A DNA stretch of 64,000 nucleotides from Candidatus Latescibacterota bacterium (lineage in GTDB: Bacteria > Latescibacterota > UBA2968 > UBA8231): positions 5,056,001 to 5,120,000 of the forward strand of contig OZ244561.1 of assembly GCA_965217585.1 (NCBI GenBank), written 5' to 3'. Below are positions 1 through 9,239 of the stretch, one piece after another. The notes beneath the pieces are model-generated. The model ran no database searches. It was not told the DNA's origin and saw only the letters and a program-made list of their open reading frames with translations. Made by a program: the position numbers and the translations under genes. The first letter of the stretch is position 1. Every line of letters begins with the position of its first letter.

Positions 1-482
1 TCGGCTTGGCGACGCAAGAGGTGTTGCTCGTAGCGGTTGAGGGGTTCCAAAAGGAGCAGGGTGCCCTTGCTGGCCGCCCAAGCGGCGAGGTCTTTGACCA
101 ACTCGACGAGCAGGGCCTTCTCTAGGGAAATGGCGTCTTGGAGCGGCGAAAGGTCGGGGATGCGCGGCGGCCCAAAGATGGGGGGGACGATCTGGCCGAC
201 GGCTTGAAAGTGCCCGCAGGCTGCTAGCTGGCGGCGGGTCTCGGCGAGGCTGTTGGCGCGCTTGCGCGGGTCTGGGTCGAGCCAGTCAAAGGTCTCTTGG
301 CCGCAGATGGAAGCGATCTTGATGGAGCGGCCAGCGAGGGCCTTTTCGTACTGTTCGACGTGGTCGTACAGGCGCGAGCCGCCGCTGACTTCTAGACCTT
401 CGATGGCGAGCGATTCGGCGAAATCGAGCTTCTCTGCGAGGCTTTCGCCGGGTAGCAGCCCTTCCTGTAAGGCGATTTTCAT
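1..482 (-). CDS. Sugar phosphate isomerase/epimerase (xylose-isomerase-like TIM barrel), runs off window edge
   Basis: Manual translation from ATG at 482: MKIALQEGLLPGESLAEKLDFAESLAIEGLEV...LLLLEPLNRYE; the EPLNRYE motif is typical of this family. Confidence 0.8.
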   Translation of the reverse strand, partial: MKIALQEGLLPGESLAEKLDFAESLAIEGLEVSGGSRLYDHVEQYEKALAGRSIKIASICGQETFDWLDPDPRKRANSLAETRRQLAACGHFQAVGQIVPPIFGPPRIPDLSPLQDAISLEKALLVELVKDLAAWAASKGTLLLLEPLNRYEQHLLRRQA

Positions 483-508
483 GGCGTCCTTTCTGTGGCT
501 GCCCAGCG

Positions 509-1531
509 TTAAAACTGGACGCCGAGCTTGATATTTGCTTCGGGTTGGGTGGCAATCTGGGGGTACGCGTCGAGCAGGTCGTCAAAGGATACGATGGGTT
601 GCACGATGGGCAGGCAATCGACTTGGTCGCCAGCGAGCATGCGCCAGCAGACGTCGTAGATGCGGGTGTTGTCCCAATTGGGGTGGTCGGGGTTTGGCTC
701 GCTGTTGGCGCGCGAGAACACGATGCGCGGCCGGTTCATATGGGCTTCGGCGCCCAAGTCCAGCCCCGTCGTCCACGCTGCGGGATACGCGCCGGCCACG
801 ATCGTGCCCCGGTAGGCGACCCCGCGCAGGGCTTGCTGCATGGCCGCGGGATGGCCGCTGTAATCAATGATCACGTCCGCGCCACGGTTGGCAGTGGCCT
901 TCTTTATCTCCACGCCGGCATCGCATTGGGTGGGGTCGAGGACGAGATTGGCTCCGCAGGCGCGCGCTACTTCGCGCCGGTTGGCCAGCGGATCGAGGGC
1001 GATGATGGGATGGGCTCCGGCCAAGCGGCAGAATTGCACGGCGATCAGGCCGATGGCCCCGAGGCCCGAGACGGCTACGGCGTCGCCGATGCGGACGTGC
1101 CCGTCGCGCACCGCGCCGAGGGCAAAATCCGCCGGGTCGAGGCAGACCGCGGCTTGCCAAGGTACGTCTGCGGGCAAGCGGCGTGCGGTTTCGGGCCAGA
1201 CGTGTTCCTCGCGGAATGGCCCGTAGGCAAAGACGCGGTCGCCTTCTTTGAGCTGCGTGACGCCCGGACCCAGCTCGACGACTTCGCCGACGCCCATGTT
1301 GCCCAGCGACACGGGGTATTGGACGCCCTCGCCCTGATAGTCGAAGATGCGCCGCTCGGAGTCGAAGCGACCGCGCGGGCCGGCGTATCCCTTAAAGAGC
1401 GACATTTCGGTGCCGTGCTTGGCGGCCGCGTACAGGCTTTTGACCCGGACTTGGCCTTGGGCCAGCGGTGGGGATGCGTATTCTTGAAAGGCCACTTGTT
1501 CGGCGGCCGGGGCGATGAGTGCTCGGGGCAT
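509..1531 (-). CDS. Zinc-binding (MDR family) alcohol/sugar dehydrogenase
   Basis: GroES-like N-terminus (KHGTEM, GNMGVGEVVELG) and Rossmann GLGAIG; likely start MPRAL at 1531. Confidence 0.85.
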   Translation of the reverse strand: MPRALIAPAAEQVAFQEYASPPLAQGQVRVKSLYAAAKHGTEMSLFKGYAGPRGRFDSERRIFDYQGEGVQYPVSLGNMGVGEVVELGPGVTQLKEGDRVFAYGPFREEHVWPETARRLPADVPWQAAVCLDPADFALGAVRDGHVRIGDAVAVSGLGAIGLIAVQFCRLAGAHPIIALDPLANRREVARACGANLVLDPTQCDAGVEIKKATANRGADVIIDYSGHPAAMQQALRGVAYRGTIVAGAYPAAWTTGLDLGAEAHMNRPRIVFSRANSEPNPDHPNWDNTRIYDVCWRMLAGDQVDCLPIVQPIVSFDDLLDAYPQIATQPEANIKLGVQF

Positions 1532-1611
1532 GGGACGACTCCGCTTGACGTTGGACGCGTTTTTGGGGTTTATAGCGAGCCAAAATATACACTTCATAGA
1601 GAGGATATGCC

Positions 1612-2574
1612 ATGCCAGAACGCGTACAGATCGTAGTGCCCGGCGACAATCCAACCCAGATCGCTGGTTCGCCGCATTTGCAGCGGCTCGCTCCCTACGG
1701 GGATATCACCCTCTTCGAGGATACGCCGCAAAGCGCGGATGAGAAAATCGCGCGGGCCGAGGGCGCGCAAATCATTATCAACACGCGCGGAGTCGTCACT
1801 TGGCGCGAGGAAATGCGCCGCTTGCCTGCGCTCAAGATGATTGCCACCTGCTCCATCGGCACGGACATGATCGACTTGGCGGTTGCCAAGGAACTCGGGA
1901 TTGTGGTGTCGAATCAGCCCGGCCGCACCGCGCCCGTGGTGGCCGAGCACATGTTCGGGCTGATGTTCGCCCTGTCCAAACGCGCCTATTTCCAGACCGC
2001 CGAGCTGAAGGCTGGCCGCTGGACGCGCAAGATGAACACCATGCTGCAGGGCAAGGTGTTAGGCGTGGTGGGCACGGGGCCGATTGGCGCGGAGATGGCG
2101 CGGTTGGGGCGGGCCATCGGCATGGAGGTCATCGCGTGGACCTTCAATCCGTCGCCTGAGCGCGCAGCCGAATACGGGGTGCGCTTCGTCGAACTCGACG
2201 AGCTGTTGCAGACCGCGGATGTGGTCAGCCTGCACGTGCAGTTGACCGAGGATACCCGGCACTTGCTCGGCGCGCGCGAGTTTGGCCTGATGAAGGAGGG
2301 GGCGTTGGTGTTGAACGGCGCGCGTGGCGATGTGCTGGATATCAACGCCTTGCGCGACGCCCTGTTGTCTGGGCATTTGGGCGGGGCTGGGCTGGACGTG
2401 TTTTCACAGGAGCCGCTGCCGAGCGACGATCCCATCCTCGATTGCGATCAGGTGGCGCTGACGCCGCATGCGGCGGATCAGACGCCCGAGGGGGTGGATT
2501 TGCTGAACGAGGGTGCGGCGGATAATGTGATCGCGTTTTTGGAGGGGCGGCCGCGGAATAATGTGGCGGTGTGA
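1612..2574 (+). CDS. D-isomer-specific 2-hydroxyacid dehydrogenase
   Basis: VAEH, GTGPIG, DVVSLH, NGARG, LDVF..EP and TPH motifs. Confidence 0.9.
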   Translation: MPERVQIVVPGDNPTQIAGSPHLQRLAPYGDITLFEDTPQSADEKIARAEGAQIIINTRGVVTWREEMRRLPALKMIATCSIGTDMIDLAVAKELGIVVSNQPGRTAPVVAEHMFGLMFALSKRAYFQTAELKAGRWTRKMNTMLQGKVLGVVGTGPIGAEMARLGRAIGMEVIAWTFNPSPERAAEYGVRFVELDELLQTADVVSLHVQLTEDTRHLLGAREFGLMKEGALVLNGARGDVLDINALRDALLSGHLGGAGLDVFSQEPLPSDDPILDCDQVALTPHAADQTPEGVDLLNEGAADNVIAFLEGRPRNNVAV

Positions 2575-2619
2575 GATTGGGGCGGGGAAGGAAACAATAG
2601 GAGAAACTTATGAGTGAGG
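2408..2619 (+). repeat. Direct repeat copy A: dehydrogenase 3' end, RBS and ATGAGTGAG; copy B at ~4346-4558
   Basis: agcgacgatcccatcctcgattgcgatcagg...aatgtggcggtgtga...gaaacaatagga..aact.atgagtgagg occurs at both places. Confidence 0.85.
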
Positions 2620-2740
2620 CGTTCTTTCATAGCCTCTAGGCTATTTTGTGTGTGTTTTACATGGTTGATTTGGAGTAGGAGTACAATAAAAGCATTTCGT
2701 CTTATCTACGACTGCCTTTGTGCCTGAAGGAGGTGCGTCC

Positions 2741-4291
2741 ATGAGCAAACGCAGACTACCCATCGGCATTCAGACTTTCCGCAAAATTCGGGCAGAGGAC
2801 TGCTACTACGTCGATAAAACCGCCTATATCCAGCGGCTGCTCGACGAGGGAACACACTACTTCCTGTCGCGTCCCCGGCGCTTTGGCAAGAGCCTGTTTT
2901 TGGACACGCTCAAGGAGCTGTTCGAGGGTAACGAGCCGTTGTTTGCCGGGCTGCACATTCACGACCATTGGGATTGGTCGGTGCGCCATCCAGTGCTGCG
3001 GCTCGACTTCAGTAGCGGCACCTACCAAGGGCCGGACGACTTGCAAAAGGAAGTGGCGGCGCAATTGAACGCTATGGAAGAGGAAGCGGAGGTCGTCCCG
3101 CGCGATGACGACACCGCTTCGGCTCGCTTCCGCCGTTTGATGAAGGTGCTGCACGAGCGCAGTGGTCAGCGCGTTGCGGTGCTAGTCGATGAGTACGACA
3201 AGCCGATTTTGGATGCGCTGGAAGTGCCGGAGGTCGCTCGCGCCAACCGCGACTTTCTGCGCGGCCTGTATTCGACCGTGAAGTTTGCCGACGCCCACAT
3301 CCGCTTCACGTTTATCACTGGGGTGAGCAAATTTTCCAAGGTCAGCCTGTTTTCTGGTCTCAACAATCTGAAGGACATCACCCTAGATGGGCGCTATTCG
3401 GCTCTCTGCGGCTATACCGAGGCGGACTTGGATACTGTGTTTGCACCGGAACTGCCCGGCTTGGACCGGGAGCAAATCCGCGATTGGTACAATGGATACC
3501 GTTGGCTCGGCGACGACAAGGTGTACAACCCCTTCGACATCCTGCTGCTGTTCGACAGCCGCGAGTTCAGAGCGTATTGGTTTGAGACCGGGACGCCGAC
3601 GTTTCTGGTCGAAACGCTGGGCAAGCGCCACGTTAGTTCGTTGGAACTAGGTGAGATGGTCGGCAGCGACGAGTTGCTATCGACCTTTGACGTGGATGAT
3701 ATAGCCACCGAGGCGCTGCTGTTCCAGACCGGCTACCTGACGATAATCGACGCCGAGGACTTGGGCGGCAAGCGGCTCTATTGCTTGGGCTATCCCAACC
3801 GGGAGGTGCGGCAGAGCCTCAACGAGAGCTTGCTGGGCTACTTGGTGCAGGACCCATCGCGGCAGATGGCCAACAGCGTCCGGCTCTACCGGCTGCTGGA
3901 AGCCAACGACTTCGCCGGGCTGGAGACGCTGTTCCACGCTTTCTTCGCCAGCATTCCCTACGAGTGGTATAACAACAACGACATCGCCGGCTATGAGGGC
4001 TACTACGCGAGCGTGTTCTACTCCTATTTCGCCGCGCTGGGATTGGACATCACAGTGGAGGATAGCAGCAGCCACGGTCGGCTGGACATGGCGGTTCTGT
4101 TCAACGGCACCGTCTATCTGTTCGAGTTCAAGGTGGTCGAGATGGCGTCAGCGGGTGCGGCGATGGCGCAGTTGCAGGAACGACGCTACGCGGACAAGTA
4201 TCGCGCCTTGGGGCAGCCGATTTACCTGATTGGCGTGGAATTCAGCAAGGATGAGCGCAACATCGCGGCGTTTGACGTGGAACGCGCCTGA
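2741..4291 (+). CDS. AAA-ATPase-like plus PD-(D/E)XK nuclease (PDDEXK_9) family protein
   Basis: LPIGIQTF, YYVDKT, Walker A RPRRFGKS, Walker B VDEYDKP, C-terminal GRLD...FEFK. Confidence 0.9.
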   Translation: MSKRRLPIGIQTFRKIRAEDCYYVDKTAYIQRLLDEGTHYFLSRPRRFGKSLFLDTLKELFEGNEPLFAGLHIHDHWDWSVRHPVLRLDFSSGTYQGPDDLQKEVAAQLNAMEEEAEVVPRDDDTASARFRRLMKVLHERSGQRVAVLVDEYDKPILDALEVPEVARANRDFLRGLYSTVKFADAHIRFTFITGVSKFSKVSLFSGLNNLKDITLDGRYSALCGYTEADLDTVFAPELPGLDREQIRDWYNGYRWLGDDKVYNPFDILLLFDSREFRAYWFETGTPTFLVETLGKRHVSSLELGEMVGSDELLSTFDVDDIATEALLFQTGYLTIIDAEDLGGKRLYCLGYPNREVRQSLNESLLGYLVQDPSRQMANSVRLYRLLEANDFAGLETLFHAFFASIPYEWYNNNDIAGYEGYYASVFYSYFAALGLDITVEDSSSHGRLDMAVLFNGTVYLFEFKVVEMASAGAAMAQLQERRYADKYRALGQPIYLIGVEFSKDERNIAAFDVERA

Positions 4292-4309
4292 GCAGGCGAG
4301 GCTGGTGGC

Positions 4310-4513
4310 ACAATGCTTCTGCGACGGCGGCGGTGTTGCTCCGGCAGGGAGCCGATGTCAAGCGACGATCCCATCCTCGATTGCGATCAGGTGGTGCTGA
4401 CGCCTCATGCAGCCGATCAGACGCCCGAGGGGGTGGATTTGTTGAACGAGGGCACGGTGGATAATGTGATTGCGTTTTTGGAGGGGCGGTCGCGGAATAA
4501 TGTGGCGGTGTGA
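4310..4513 (+). pseudogene. Chimeric remnant: ankyrin-repeat fragment joined to a duplicate of the dehydrogenase 3' end
   Basis: aatgcttctgcgacggcggcggtgttgctccggcagggagccgatgtc reads NASATAAVLLRQGADV, then SDDPILDCDQV...NNVAV*. Confidence 0.75.
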
Positions 4514-4868
4514 TGTGAGGACGAGGGATGAAACAATAGGATAAACTGATGAGTGAGGAACAGCAGCACCATTTAGCCCTGCCGCAGGGGACGCGGATAC
4601 GGGACTTTGAGTTTCACCGGGTCCTTGGCCATGGTGGATTCGGCATTACCTATCTGGGATGGAATGTCACCTTGGATATTCCGGTGGCGATCAAGGAGTA
4701 TCTGCCTACGGATTTGGCTACCCGCAAGGGTGACCAATCGGTCGTGCCGCAGTCGTCGCAGGTGGTGTCGGACTTCCAATGGGGCTTGGAACGCTTTTTG
4801 GACGAAGCCCGCACTTTGGCGCGGCTTCAACATCCCAACATCGTCCGCGTCCATCAATACTTTGAAGC

Positions 4869-5386
4869 GCATGGTACGGCGTATATCGCAATGGACTATG
4901 TGGAGGGGGAGGACTTGTCGGCGTATCTGACGCGCAAGGGGACGCTGCAAGAAGCCGAGCTTAAGGGCATTCTGTATCCACTGTTGGATGCCTTAGAAGT
5001 GGTGCATGGTGCTGATTTCCTGCATCGGGACATCAAGCCGGGCAATATCGTCCTGCGCGATGTGGATGGATCGCCTGTGTTGCTGGACTTTGGTGCGGCG
5101 CGTCAGGCGATAGGGGCGAAGAGTCGTGCATGGTACGGCGTATATCGCAATGGACTATGTGGAGGGGGAGGACTTGTCGGCGTATCTGACGCGCAAGGGG
5201 ACGCTGCAAGAAGCCGAGCTTAAGGGCATTCTGTATCCACTGTTGGATGCCTTAGAAGTGGTGCATGGTGCTGATTTCCTGCATCGGGACATCAAGCCGG
5301 GCAATATCGTCCTGCGCGATGTGGATGGATCGCCTGTGTTGCTGGACTTTGGTGCGGCGCGTCAGGCGATAGGGGCGAAGAGTCGT
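4869..5386 (+). repeat. Tandem duplication of 259 bp (4869-5127 / 5128-5386) causing a frameshift
   Basis: gcatggtacggcgtatatcg...gaagagtcgt repeated back to back; the copies look identical. Confidence 0.9.
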
Positions 5387-5957
5387 TCGGTTACGTCGAT
5401 TGTGACGCCGGGGTATGCACCGATAGAGCAGTATTCGAGTCGGGGGCGTCAGGGGGCTTGGACGGACATTTATGCGTTGGGTGGGGTGTGTTATCGGGCG
5501 TTGACCGGGGAGGTGCCCGACGATGCGACGGATAGGATGCGAGATGACCCGCTGATCCCGGTATCGCAACGGTGTGCGGGTCAAGCGAGTCGAGGGTTTC
5601 TTTTAGCGATAGATGTGGCGTTGTCGGTGGATGAGGGGGATCGTCCTCAGAGTGTTGGGGCTTGGCGGGCGGTGCTAGCGGCGGAGGTGGCGGAAGCGCA
5701 GGAACAGGCGGCGGATACGGCGAAAGCCCAGAAGGATGAGGTGAGTGACGCGACAATCGTGGGGCATGTGGAGCAGGACGCGCCGCCATCGGAGCCGCAG
5801 AAGAAGCCCTTGTTCAAGCGGCTTGCCGTAGTCTTGGGCGTGGTTGCTCTCTTGGTTGGGGGCAAAATGTATGTTGATCATGCCGAACAGGTAGCGTTGG
5901 AGAAGCAGCGTCAAGAACAAGCCGTAGAAAAAGCAAGACTAGCCGCCGAGCAGGCCG

Positions 5958-6226
5958 AGCAGCAGCGTCGGGAACAGGCGGCGTTAGAGCAGCAGCGTCA
6001 GGAGCAGGCAGCCTTAGAGCAGCAGCGTCGGGAACAGGCAGCCTTAGAGCAGCAGCGTCAGGAACAGGCGGCGTTGGAGCAGCAGCGTCGGGAACAGGCG
6101 GCGTTAGAGCAGCAGCGTCAGGAGCAGGCAGCGTTGGAGAAACAACGTCAGGAACAGGCGGCGTTAGAGCAGCAGCGTCAGGAGCAGGCAGCGTTGGAGA
6201 AACAACGTCAGGAACAGGCGGCATTA
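5958..6226 (+). repeat. 30-bp tandem repeats encoding (Q/K)QR(R/Q)EQAALE coiled coil
   Basis: About 9 units of cagcgtc(a/g)gga(a/g)caggc.gc.tt(a/g)gag. Confidence 0.9.
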
Positions 6227-7158
6227 GAGGCTGTCTGAAAACCCTTGCTGTAGCCCGTATTTGAATCGGCGTACTCATCGGGCCATATTCAGGTTTCGCT
6301 ACAAAATCTGAACAGAAAGGCTCGTATGATGAGTACGCCTAGTGGCCAATATGCCACCGATGTAACCGATGCGCAATGGCGGCGGATCGAACCGTTGCTG
6401 CCGGCTTCGACTTGGCAACCGAACGGTCCGGGTCGGCCGCCGCGGGATCAACGCCAGATGGTCAACGGCCTTTTGTATTTGACCAAGACCGGGTGTCCTT
6501 GGGCGCTGCTGCCTTCTTGCTTTGGGCCGTGGAAAACGGTGTATGATTACTTTCGTCGCTGGAGTCTACAAGGGGTCTGGCCACAGGTATTGGATCGACT
6601 CACCCAGCGAGAACGCCGCCTTAACGGACGGGCCCCTCAGCCGTCGGCTGGTTGTGTCGATAGTCAGACGATCAAGACGGCAACCCACGGTAAAACAACC
6701 GGTTATGACGCCGGCAAAAAGATCCAAGGACGTAAACGTCATCTGTTGGTCGACACCTCGGGCTTGCTTAGAGAGGTGGTGGTCACCGCCGCCGATGTAG
6801 ACGATCGCGACGGCTTGAAGCAGGTGTTGACCCGCTATAGTACTCCCGACGTACCCCGGTTACGCAAACTGTGGGTCGATGGCGGCTATCGAGGCGATCC
6901 GATCCGAACGTGGGTGGCCAACCTAAAAAAGACGCACAAAATAGACTTGGAAGTCGTCGCCAAACAAGGCGGCGGATTTACCGTAGTCAAACGTCGTTGG
7001 GTCGTCGAGCGCACGTTTGCGTGGTTGATGAATTTTCGCCGCCATGCCCGAGATTATGAGGTGTTGACCCGCCATAGCGAGGCCTTGATTCAGATTGCCA
7101 TGATCCACTTGCTACTCAAACGGATCAAATAGAAAAAATGGAGTTTTCAGACAGCCTC
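6227..7158 (+). mobile_element. IS5-family insertion sequence (IS1031-like), 932 bp
   Basis: 16-bp inverted repeats GAGGCTGTCTGAAAAC / GTTTTCAGACAGCCTC; TTA target duplication at 6224-6226 and 7159-7161. Confidence 0.95.
6326..7132 (+). CDS. IS5-family transposase
   Basis: YATDVTDAQW, W..LP..FGPWKTVY, VDSQT, GRKRHLLVDT, WVDGGY, RWVVERTFAW. Confidence 0.95.
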   Translation: MMSTPSGQYATDVTDAQWRRIEPLLPASTWQPNGPGRPPRDQRQMVNGLLYLTKTGCPWALLPSCFGPWKTVYDYFRRWSLQGVWPQVLDRLTQRERRLNGRAPQPSAGCVDSQTIKTATHGKTTGYDAGKKIQGRKRHLLVDTSGLLREVVVTAADVDDRDGLKQVLTRYSTPDVPRLRKLWVDGGYRGDPIRTWVANLKKTHKIDLEVVAKQGGGFTVVKRRWVVERTFAWLMNFRRHARDYEVLTRHSEALIQIAMIHLLLKRIK

Positions 7159-7719
7159 TTAGAAAAGCAACGTCAGGAGGAACAGGCAGTACTAAAAGAG
7201 GCAAGGGCGTCGTACAGTCTGCACAAGGCGGCGAGGAACAATGCTTCTGAGACGGTCGAGGTGTTGCTCAATGGGGGAGCCGATGCCAACGCCAAAGACA
7301 ACAGTGGCAATACGCCGCTGCACGGGGCGGCGTGGAACAATGCTGCTAAGGCGGCCTTGGTGTTGCTCAATGGGGGAGCCGATGTCCACGCCAAAACCAA
7401 CGCTGGCTTTACGCCGCTGCACGTGGCGGCGGCGGAGGATGCTTCTGCGATGGCGGAGGTGTTGCTCAAACAGGGAGCCGATGTCCACGCCAAAACCAAC
7501 GCTGGCTTTACGCCGCTGCACGTGGCGGCGGCGGAGGATGCTTCTGCGATGGCGGAGGTGTTGCTCAAACAGGGAGCCGATGTCCATGCCAAAGACAGAT
7601 TTGGCCATATGCCGCTGCACTATGCGGCGCGGAATAATGCTTCTGCGACGACCAAGGTCTTGCGTCGTTACGGCGGTCGAAAGTGAAACAAGCTGATTTT
7701 TGAAATAATCGGAGATGCT

Positions 7720-9210
7720 ATGAGCGAAGCGCAACATCCTCTTCACGCCTTACCCCGAGGACATCGGCTGCAAGAATACGAACTGGTGCGCGTGCTAGGC
7801 TTTGGCGGCTTCGGCATGACTTATCTGGGCTTTGACCACAACCTCGACAAAGCCGTCGCCATCAAAGAATACTTGCCCTCCGACATCGCCACCCGCACTG
7901 CCGACCACAGCGTCGCCCCACAAGCCAGCGACTTTCGCGGCGATTTCCAGTGGGGTCTGGAGCGTTTCCTAGACGAAGCACGCACCTTAGCTCGTTTCGA
8001 CCATCGCCACATCATTAAAGTGTATCGTTTCTTTGAGGCACATGGTACGGCGTATATCGTGATGGAGTATGCCGAGGGCGAGACCTTATCGGCGTATTTC
8101 GAACGCAAGGGGACACTGGAAGAAGCCGAACTCAAGGGGATACTGTATCCGCTTCTGGATGGTTTAGAGGTGGTGCATAAAGCGGACTTTCTGCATCGGG
8201 ACATCAAGCCGGGCAACATTGTCCTGCGCGCAAAGGATGGATCTCCGGTGTTGCTGGATTTTGGTGCGGCGCGTCAGGCGATAGGTGCGAAGAGTCGCTC
8301 AGTTACGTCGATAGTAACGCCGGGGTATGCTCCGATCGAGCAGTATTCGAGTCGGGGGCGTCAGGGGCCTTGGACGGACATTTATGCGTTGGGTGGGGTG
8401 TGTTATCGGGCATTGACGGGTCAGGTGCCCGACGATGCGACGGATAGGGTGCGGCAGGACCCGCTGATTCCGGTGGCGAAGCGGTGTGCGGGTCGGGTGA
8501 GTGGTGCGTTTTTGTCGGCGGTTGATTCGGCATTGTCGGTGGATGAGGGGGATCGTCCGCAGAGCATTGCGGCGTGGAGGGCGGTGTTGGAGGTTGGTTC
8601 GGCCTCGGCGCAAGAGCGTCGCCAAGAGGAAACGCCGAGGCATAGGGAGCAGGTCGTGCAGAGGTCGCCTTTGCCGGAGCAAGTTGGCTTGGCGGAGGAG
8701 CGAGAAAAATTTGTCGCGGAAGTGGGGCGCGAGCCGTCCCCGGGCGCGGTGGGCGATGAGGGGAGGACCGACCTACATCATGCCGCAGCCATGAACCTGC
8801 CCGCACTAACTGCATACCTGTTGAACAATGGTGCGGATGTCAACGCCAAAAGCAAATATGGCTGGACGCCGCTGCACCGGGCGGCGTGGGAGGATGCTAC
8901 TGCGACGGCCGAGGAGTTGCTCAAGGGAGGAGCTTACATCCACGCCAAAGACAAAAGTGGCTGGACGCCGCTAGAAAGGGCGGTATATAGAAAAGCTCAT
9001 AAGACGGCCGAGGTATTGCGCCGCTACGGTGCCCGCAACAATAAGTCGGGTGGTAAGGGAAATAGGGAAAGTGGTCAGGCGCAGCACGCGAAGCTCGGCC
9101 GCCTCTCTGACGGTGCCAATAAGTCGAGGGGCGAGGAGAATATGGGTTGTATTACGAAGAGTCTTGTGGGTATGGGGGTCCTAGTTTTGATCGGCCTTCT
9201 TAGCTGTTGA
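7720..9210 (+). CDS. Ser/Thr protein kinase with C-terminal ankyrin repeats
   Basis: Complete Hanks kinase motifs; about 3 ankyrin repeats (GWTPLH); hydrophobic C-terminal tail. Confidence 0.9.
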   Translation: MSEAQHPLHALPRGHRLQEYELVRVLGFGGFGMTYLGFDHNLDKAVAIKEYLPSDIATRTADHSVAPQASDFRGDFQWGLERFLDEARTLARFDHRHIIKVYRFFEAHGTAYIVMEYAEGETLSAYFERKGTLEEAELKGILYPLLDGLEVVHKADFLHRDIKPGNIVLRAKDGSPVLLDFGAARQAIGAKSRSVTSIVTPGYAPIEQYSSRGRQGPWTDIYALGGVCYRALTGQVPDDATDRVRQDPLIPVAKRCAGRVSGAFLSAVDSALSVDEGDRPQSIAAWRAVLEVGSASAQERRQEETPRHREQVVQRSPLPEQVGLAEEREKFVAEVGREPSPGAVGDEGRTDLHHAAAMNLPALTAYLLNNGADVNAKSKYGWTPLHRAAWEDATATAEELLKGGAYIHAKDKSGWTPLERAVYRKAHKTAEVLRRYGARNNKSGGKGNRESGQAQHAKLGRLSDGANKSRGEENMGCITKSLVGMGVLVLIGLLSC

Positions 9211-9239
9211 CGGCTAGTTTGAACGTACACGGAGAGGTT

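Larger units (their letters stand above)
4549..7686 (+). pseudogene. Ser/Thr kinase-TM-coiled coil-ankyrin protein, disrupted by a 259-bp tandem duplication and an IS5 insertion
   Basis: GHGGFG, VAIKE, HRDIKPGN, DFG; TM LAVVLGVVALLV; removing the duplication and the IS gives a continuous frame ...ALEKQRQEEQAVLKE + ankyrins, matching paralog 16277-18400. Confidence 0.85.

Noticed and set aside
5958-6226. CRISPR-like periodic repeat (also 17396-17700)
   Set aside because: Contiguous in-frame 30-bp coding repeats without unique spacers
9142-9210. Separate lipoprotein start (RBS + MGC...LLSC) at the end of kinase 2
   Set aside because: A stop follows the Cys immediately; cannot be told apart from a tail anchor
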